A stretch of DNA of 64,000 nt from Heterodontus francisci. Its lineage: Eukaryota. The notes under the pieces were generated by a model. It did no database searches and had not been told where the DNA came from. It worked only from the letters and a program-made list of their open reading frames with translations. The stretch is taken from contig NC_090399.1 of the NCBI RefSeq assembly GCF_036365525.1, positions 49,632,430 to 49,696,429 of the forward strand, in the 5' to 3' direction. This document shows positions 59,901 to 64,000 of the stretch, one piece after another; position 1 is the stretch's first letter, and each line of letters opens with the position of its first letter. Position numbers and translations under genes: made by a program.

Positions 59901-61842
59901 TGGACTGTTTCATTATCTGAGTAGTTGGGAATGGTACTGAACATTGCAATCATCAGCAAACATCCCCACTTCTAACATTATGATGGAAGGAAGGTCATTC
60001 ATGAAGCAGCTGAAGATGGTTGGGCCGAGGACACTACCCTGGTTGGGCCTCGTCCCCCACCAACATTCATGACTGGATTCGGAACTGCAGAGCTTTGATC
60101 TAATCCGTTAATTGTTGGATCACTTAGATGTGTTTAGAACAAGCTGCTTCCACTGCTTTAGCATGCCTGGTGCTGCTTCTGGCATGCTCTACTACACTCC
60201 TCATTGAACCAAGGGTTGATCCCCTGGTTTGATGTTAATGGTAGAGTGGGGATATGCCGGGCCATGAGGTTACAGATTGTGGTTGAATACAATTCTGGTG
60301 CAGCTGACGACCCACAGCACCTCATAACAGAATCACAGAATTGTTACAGTGCAGAAGGAGGCCATTCAGCCCATCGTGTCCGCACTGGCTCTCTGAGAGA
60401 GCAATTCCCTCAGTCCCATTCCCCTGCCTTTTCCCCATAACCCTGCACATTTTTCCTTTTCATATAACTGTCTAATTCCCTTTTGAATGCTTTAATTGAA
60501 CCTGCCTCCACCACATTCTCAGGCAGCGCATTCCAGACCTTAACCACTCGCTGCGTGAAAAAGCTTTTCCTCATGTCACTTTTGCTTCTCTTACCAAATA
60601 CTTTAAATTTGGTAAATCTCATTCTCGATCCTTTCATGAGTGGGAACAGTTTCTCTCTATCTACTCTGTCCATACCCGTCATGATTTTGAATACCTCTAT
60701 CAAATCACCTCTCAGCCTTCTCCCCTCCAAGGAAAACAGTCCTAACTTCTCCCATCTATCTTCATAACTGAAATTCCTCATCCCTGGAACCATTGTCGTG
60801 AATCTTTTCTGTAGCCTCTCCAATGCCTTCACGTCTTTCTTAAAGTGCGGCGCCCACTAGTGTCCTATACAAGTTCAACATTCCTTGCACATTTTTGACC
60901 TGATGCCACAAGATTCCAAGGGCTCCGCAGTCAATGGTGAGGACTCTCAGGGCCATTCACTCCCGGCTGTATACCACTGTGTCGTCACCTCTGGTGGGTC
61001 TGTCCTCTGGGTCATTGTCTGTAAGGTATGATTCTGTGAGTATGACTCTGTCAGACTGTTGCTTCTCTCATTGTCTGTAAGGTATGATTCTGTGAGTAAG
61101 ACTCTGTCAGGCTTTTGCTTCTCTCGCCTGTGGGGCAGCTCTCCCAATTTTGACACAAGTCCCCAGATGTTAGCAAGGAGGACTTTGCAAGGTTGACTAA
61201 GTTGAGAGTGCCTTTGTCGTCAGATTACTAGTCCAGGCCTCTAGATTACTACTCTAGTAACGTAACCACGATGCTACCATTCCTCATGGCAGGGCAAGTA
61301 AATTGAAAATTTCAAAACTGAGATTGATAGGCAATACAGAACCAAGACAGGTAGATGGAGGGCCTGAATGACTGCAGTTTACATTAATATAACACTTCGG
61401 GAACAACTCAAATATTGTGAAAACTCTCTCTCCCCTTCTCCTCCTTTTACTTTCCTACTCCCCATTCCTTCCTTTCTATTCTGCTTTCTCAAATATTTTT
61501 CCCTTCCATCCCCTCCCAAATTAGAGCTCAAAGACTTCTCACCCAAAGGGCTATTATTTGAATGTGCACCTTGGCAATAATTGCCAATCCATAAAATAAC
61601 TGCTCCGACCAAAGACTTTGCAAACAAATCTGTAACACAACTTCGCACAGTGACCCCCTCACCAGTACAGGTATTATGCTTACCCTGAATCGTTCACACA
61701 CCCAGGGCAATGAAATAATCTTGTGGTACTGTCAACCTGGGAGGTTCCCTCAAATACTAGCCACCGATATAAGCTGTTTGAATTGCTTACCAGAGGAGAC
61801 TGTGGACACACAGTAAACATTCAATAAAGTAACAAGCAGCAT
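38945..61842 (-). CDS. Non-classical MHC class I heavy chain (leader-alpha1-alpha2-alpha3-TM-short tail), 332 aa
   Basis: Exons of 52, 261, 276, 273, 117 and 20 nt, all joined by phase-1 introns, open frame. alpha2 C101-C164 pair; C1-set Ig alpha3 LSCLVTGFYP...W...YCCHVDH; hydrophobic TM followed by RKR. Confidence 0.9.
38998..39386. repeat. Minisatellite of 10 bp subunits (CCAGTCTCTG / CTGATCTCCA; 20-30 bp periods)
   Basis: Directly visible tandem repeats that become more degenerate toward 39386. Confidence 0.9.
39398..39514 (-). CDS. MHC-I transmembrane exon (read-through form ends at TGA 39378)
   Basis: gtcag|CA GAG...: AERARQGEVWFGILIGAAALSLTLLGIITGIGFWRKRQN; NAGNAG acceptor; 117 nt up to G|gcaaga. 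Confidence 0.88.
39665..44275 (+). repeat. Tandem satellite, 47-49 bp unit GGGATTAGTTTGGGATTGATACAGGGCTATGGGGAGAGAGTGGTGCAGC, roughly 90 copies, in MHC-I intron 4
   Basis: Directly visible; degenerate left edge; copy number estimated as length divided by unit. Confidence 0.97.
44540..44795 (-). mobile_element. Deu-SINE 3' fragment
   Basis: Matches 28210-28500 (AAAGCACTTTACAG...CAGCAAGATCCCACAA). Confidence 0.6.
44930..45440 (+). mobile_element. CR1 3' fragment
   Basis: Degenerate ORF2 end plus GGGCTGAATGGCC 3' UTR motif. Confidence 0.75.
45905..46580 (+). mobile_element. Deu-domain SINE with an internal 33 bp tandem expansion (8 units, 45988-46250)
   Basis: Head GGTTCGAGTCCCACTCC; repeated CAGTACTGAGGGAGTGCTGCACTGTCGGAGGGT; tail TATAAATGCAA. 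Confidence 0.85.
47005..47380 (-). mobile_element. tRNA-derived SINE with CR1/L2-group tail
   Basis: Reverse complement of the family at 27700-28100. Confidence 0.75.
47440..48200 (+). mobile_element. Old CR1 fragment
   Basis: KCEVIHLG...QRDLWVQIH; CR1 3' UTR. Confidence 0.78.
48405..48677 (-). CDS. MHC-I alpha3 exon (C1-set Ig)
   Basis: ctcag|CC GCC CCT GAG...; LSCLVTGFYPWTIDVEWLRNG...ILPNQDETY...YCCHVDHAS...PW G|gtaagt; 273 nt. Confidence 0.95.
48713..48830 (+). mobile_element. Penelope pLTR remnant with decayed hammerhead (48713-48749)
   Basis: AGTT-CCGATGA-ACGGTC ATC GACCT-GCAC-C-GTT-AACT, followed by the same downstream sequence as 4918-4980. Confidence 0.65.
48940..49330 (+). mobile_element. 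CR1 3' fragment
   Basis: FRRNIITQRVVRMWNS...GIEGY; GGGCCGAATGGCC tail. Confidence 0.8.
49715..49990 (-). CDS. MHC-I alpha2 exon
   Basis: ccccag|GT ATT TGC...: SICFVQGLCGCEI...GGKDAYVFD...SWIA...DRWN...LEKDCVKWLLIYLECGRRALQRK G|gtacgt; 276 nt. Confidence 0.95.
50866..52971 (+). mobile_element. RTE-clade LINE, 5'-truncated
   Basis: KAPGKDGITPE, NYHGISLLS, PEAQCGFR, AFIDLTKAFD, KQGCVL, LFADDAAL, FTYLGS; (GAA)n tail; ~10 bp TSD AGTTTACATG / AGTTTCCATG. Confidence 0.93.
53200..53915 (+). mobile_element. Deu-domain SINE interrupted by an HE1 V-SINE (53230-53594, minus)
   Basis: Head GGGTTCAAGTC before the HE1 copy; Deu core GGCTGACACTTCAGTGCAATACTGAGGGAG after it. Confidence 0.85.
53963..54581. 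repeat. Inverted duplication: 252 bp arms (53963-54214, 54330-54581) around a ~115 bp spacer
   Basis: Arms are near-perfect reverse complements, e.g. AAAGAAAGTACAGTACTGTAGCTGTGGTCTATCTGATG vs CATCAGATAGACCACAGCTACAGTACTGTACTTTCTTT. Confidence 0.92.
54640..55345 (-). mobile_element. Penelope-like element 3' part (GIY-YIG endonuclease plus pLTR with decayed hammerhead at 54708-54744)
   Basis: CTSFNLVYCICCSRCGLLYIRETKRR...FAEHLRSV; QCKLEEQHLIF; AATT-CTGATGC-AAGGTCATCGAAGT-GAAA-C-GTT-AACT. Confidence 0.85.
56311..57360 (+). repeat. 33 bp minisatellite (about 31 units) derived from the Deu-SINE core, in MHC-I intron 2
   Basis: Unit CAGTACTGAGGGAGTGCTGCACTGTCGGAGGGT with variant CAATACCGAGCAAG; runs directly into SINE sequence TGCCATCTTTCAGATGAGATATTAAA. 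Confidence 0.93.
57613..57873 (-). CDS. MHC-I alpha1 exon
   Basis: ctgcag|AT TTT CAT...: DFHILAFYYLL...LPEYSLVAMLDDYQIVYFDS...VPRQSWMA...HWD...HGAS A|gtaagt; 261 nt. Confidence 0.93.
59000..60325. mobile_element. Rearranged CR1/L2-group LINE fragments on both strands
   Basis: Plus-strand piece 59000-59320 and minus-strand pieces with EYSPPAWIGAAPTTLKK. Confidence 0.75.
60325..60880 (-). mobile_element. CR1 3' fragment
   Basis: ORF 60410-60832 ending QGYGEKAGEWD*; tail repeat ACAGAAT. Confidence 0.9.
61791..61842 (-). CDS. MHC-I leader exon, MLLVTLLNVYCVSTVSS
   Basis: ATG plus a hydrophobic signal peptide; phase-1 donor G|gtaagc fits the alpha1 acceptor; CCAAT at 61945-61949 upstream. Confidence 0.8.
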
Positions 61843-62439
61843 GTTGTAAAGACACGCAGGGCACTGATCAACCAGCAGAGAAGCTGCTGTAACAGTAATG
61901 TAATCTCTTGTGCTTTTGAGCACTATGCTGGAATGAAGCTACTTATTGGTGCTCATGTGCAGCACATCTGATAACCAGATCCAGTGAGACTGAAAGAATT
62001 GTTCTGGTCACTGGTTAACAGGGAGTGGAGTCTGCAGTTTGCCTTCTACAGCAGGCATTTTTTGAAATGCTGCAAATGTCAGAAACGCGGCAGTCATTTT
62101 GTACACAGCAAGATCGGCAGTCATTTTGTACACAGCAAGATCCCACAAACAGCCAAGACATCAAAGAGAACTCCCCTGCTCTTCTTCAAAATAGTGCCAT
62201 CAGTGCAGCTCTCTCTCTCTGTACTGGCTCTCCAACATTGAAGCGCTCCTTTGGACAGTACTGAGGGAGTGTAGCACTACTGACCTAATCTACCCTATCA
62301 GGTAGCTGTAAAAGATCACATGGTACTATTTCAAAGAAGAGCAGTGGAGTTCTCCCTGGCGTCCTGGGCCAATATATATCAATCAACAAGCATCACAAAA
62401 ACATATGGTCATTATCACGTTGCTGTTTATTCGCCCTTA

Positions 62440-64000
62440 CAAAGAACAAAGAACAAAGAAAATTACAGCACAGGAACAGGCCCTTCGGCCCTCCAAGCCT
62501 GCGCTGATCCAGATCCTCTATCTAAACATGTCGCCAATTTTCTAAGGGTCTGTATCTCTTTGCTTCCTGCCTATTCATGTATCTGTCTAGATACATCTTA
62601 AAAGACGCTATCATGCCCGCGTCTACCACCTCCGCTGGCAACGCGTTCCAGGCACCCACCACCCTCTGTGTAAAGAACTTTTCACGCATATCCCCCCTAA
62701 ACTTTTCCCCTCTCACTTTGAACTCGTGACCCCTAGTAATTGAATCCCCCACTCTGGGAAAAAGCTTCTTGCTATCCACCCTGTCTATACCTCTCATGAT
62801 TTTGTACACCTCAATCAGGTCCCCCCCTCAACCTCCGTCTTTCTAATGAAAATAATCCTAATCTACTCAACCTCTCTTCATAGCTAGTGCCCTCCATACC
62901 AGGCAACATCCTGGTGAACCTCCTCTGCACCCTCTCCAAAGCATCTACATCCTTTTGGTAATGTGGCGACCAGAACTGCACGCAGTATTCCAAATGTGGC
63001 CGAACCAAAGTCTTATACAACTGTAACATGACCTGCCAACTCTTGTACTCAATACCCCGTCCGATGAAGGAAAGCATGCCGTATGCCTTCTTGACCACTC
63101 TATTGACCTGCGTTGCCACCTTCAGGGAACAATGGACCTGAACACCCAATCTCTCTGTACATCAATTTTCCCCAGGACTTTTCCATTTACTGTATAGTTC
63201 ACTCTTGAATTGGATCTTCCAAAATGCATCACCTCGCATTTGCCCTGATTGAACTCCATCTGCCATTTCTCTGCCCAACTCTCCAGTCTATCTATATTCT
63301 GCTGTATTCTCTGACAGTCCCCTTCACTATCTGCTACTCTACCAATCTTAGTGTCATCTGCAAACTTGCTAATCAGACCACCTATACTTTCCTCCAAATC
63401 ATTTATGTATATCACAAACAACAGCACGGATCCTTGTGGAACACCACTGGTCACATGTCTCCATTTTGAGAAACTCCGCTCCACTGCTACTCTCTGTCTC
63501 CTGCTGCCCAGCCAGTTCTTTATCCATCTAGCTAGTACACCCTGGACCCCATGCGACTTCACTTTCTCCATCAGCCTACCATGGGGAACCTTATCAAACA
63601 CCTTACTGAAGTCCATGTATATGACATCTACAGCCCTTCCCTCATCAATCAACTTTGTCACTTCCTCAAAGAATTCTATTAAGTTGGTAAGACATGACCT
63701 TCCCTGCACAAAACCATGTTGCCTATCACTGATAAGCCCATTTTCTTCCAATGGGAATAGATCCTATCCCTCAGTATCTTCTCCAGCAGCTTCCCTACCA
63801 CTGACGTCAGGCTCACCGGTCTATAATTACCTGGATTTTCCCTGCTACCCTTCTTAAACAAGGGGACAACATTAGCAATTCTCCAGTCCTCCGGGACCTC
63901 ACCCGTGTTTAAGGATGCTGCAAAGATGTCTGTTAAGGCCCCAGCTATTTCCTCTCTCACTTCCCTCAGTAACCTGGGATAGATCCCATCCGGACCTGGG
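62440..64000 (-). mobile_element. CR1 LINE running off the window end
   Basis: ORFs 62522-63960 with [20 protein letters not shown] and FADDTK; tail repeat AAAGAAC. Confidence 0.93.

Noticed and set aside
38945-61842. Classical MHC class Ia (UAA), or a specific lineage symbol
   Set aside because: Most peptide anchors are lost, and the lineage cannot be assigned without a phylogeny.
61843-62030. Canonical class I promoter (enhancer A, ISRE, SXY)
   Set aside because: Only a CCAAT and a weak ISRE-like string are visible, which is insufficient to call the module.
62088-62142. Short (~27 bp) tandem duplication GGCAGTCATTTTGTACACAGCAAGATC
   Set aside because: Local slippage within a decayed SINE remnant, with no sign of function.

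Overview
Vertebrate genomic DNA, very likely a cartilaginous fish (shark): it carries HE1/V-SINEs, Deu-domain SINEs, CR1 and CR1/L2-group LINEs and Penelope remnants. Most of the window is transposon-derived, but two apparently intact, spliced immune genes lie in tandem on the minus strand. (1) A divergent non-classical MHC class I heavy-chain gene: leader 61842-61791, alpha1 57873-57613, alpha2 49990-49715, alpha3 48677-48405, TM 39514-39398 and a probable last exon 38964-38945 reached through a GC-AG intron; 332 aa. It has lost most peptide-anchoring residues and has extra cysteines. (2) About 4.9 kb downstream, a 6-exon RING/B-box/coiled-coil/PRY-SPRY TRIM gene (34037-22219, 523 aa) with an unusual acidic linker insertion and an ISRE-like element beside its start codon. 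Mobile and repeat content includes: an internally deleted Gmr1-type Gypsy LTR element nested in a Penelope fragment; a two-gene Harbinger transposon with TIRs and TSD; a hAT-like MITE; an RTE LINE and a short RTE-tailed element; three decayed Penelope hammerhead ribozymes; a 4.5 kb 47-49 bp satellite apparently derived from a CR1 3' end; 33 bp minisatellites grown out of Deu-SINEs; and a 252 bp inverted duplication. All exon models and alignments were made by eye; no database searches were run.
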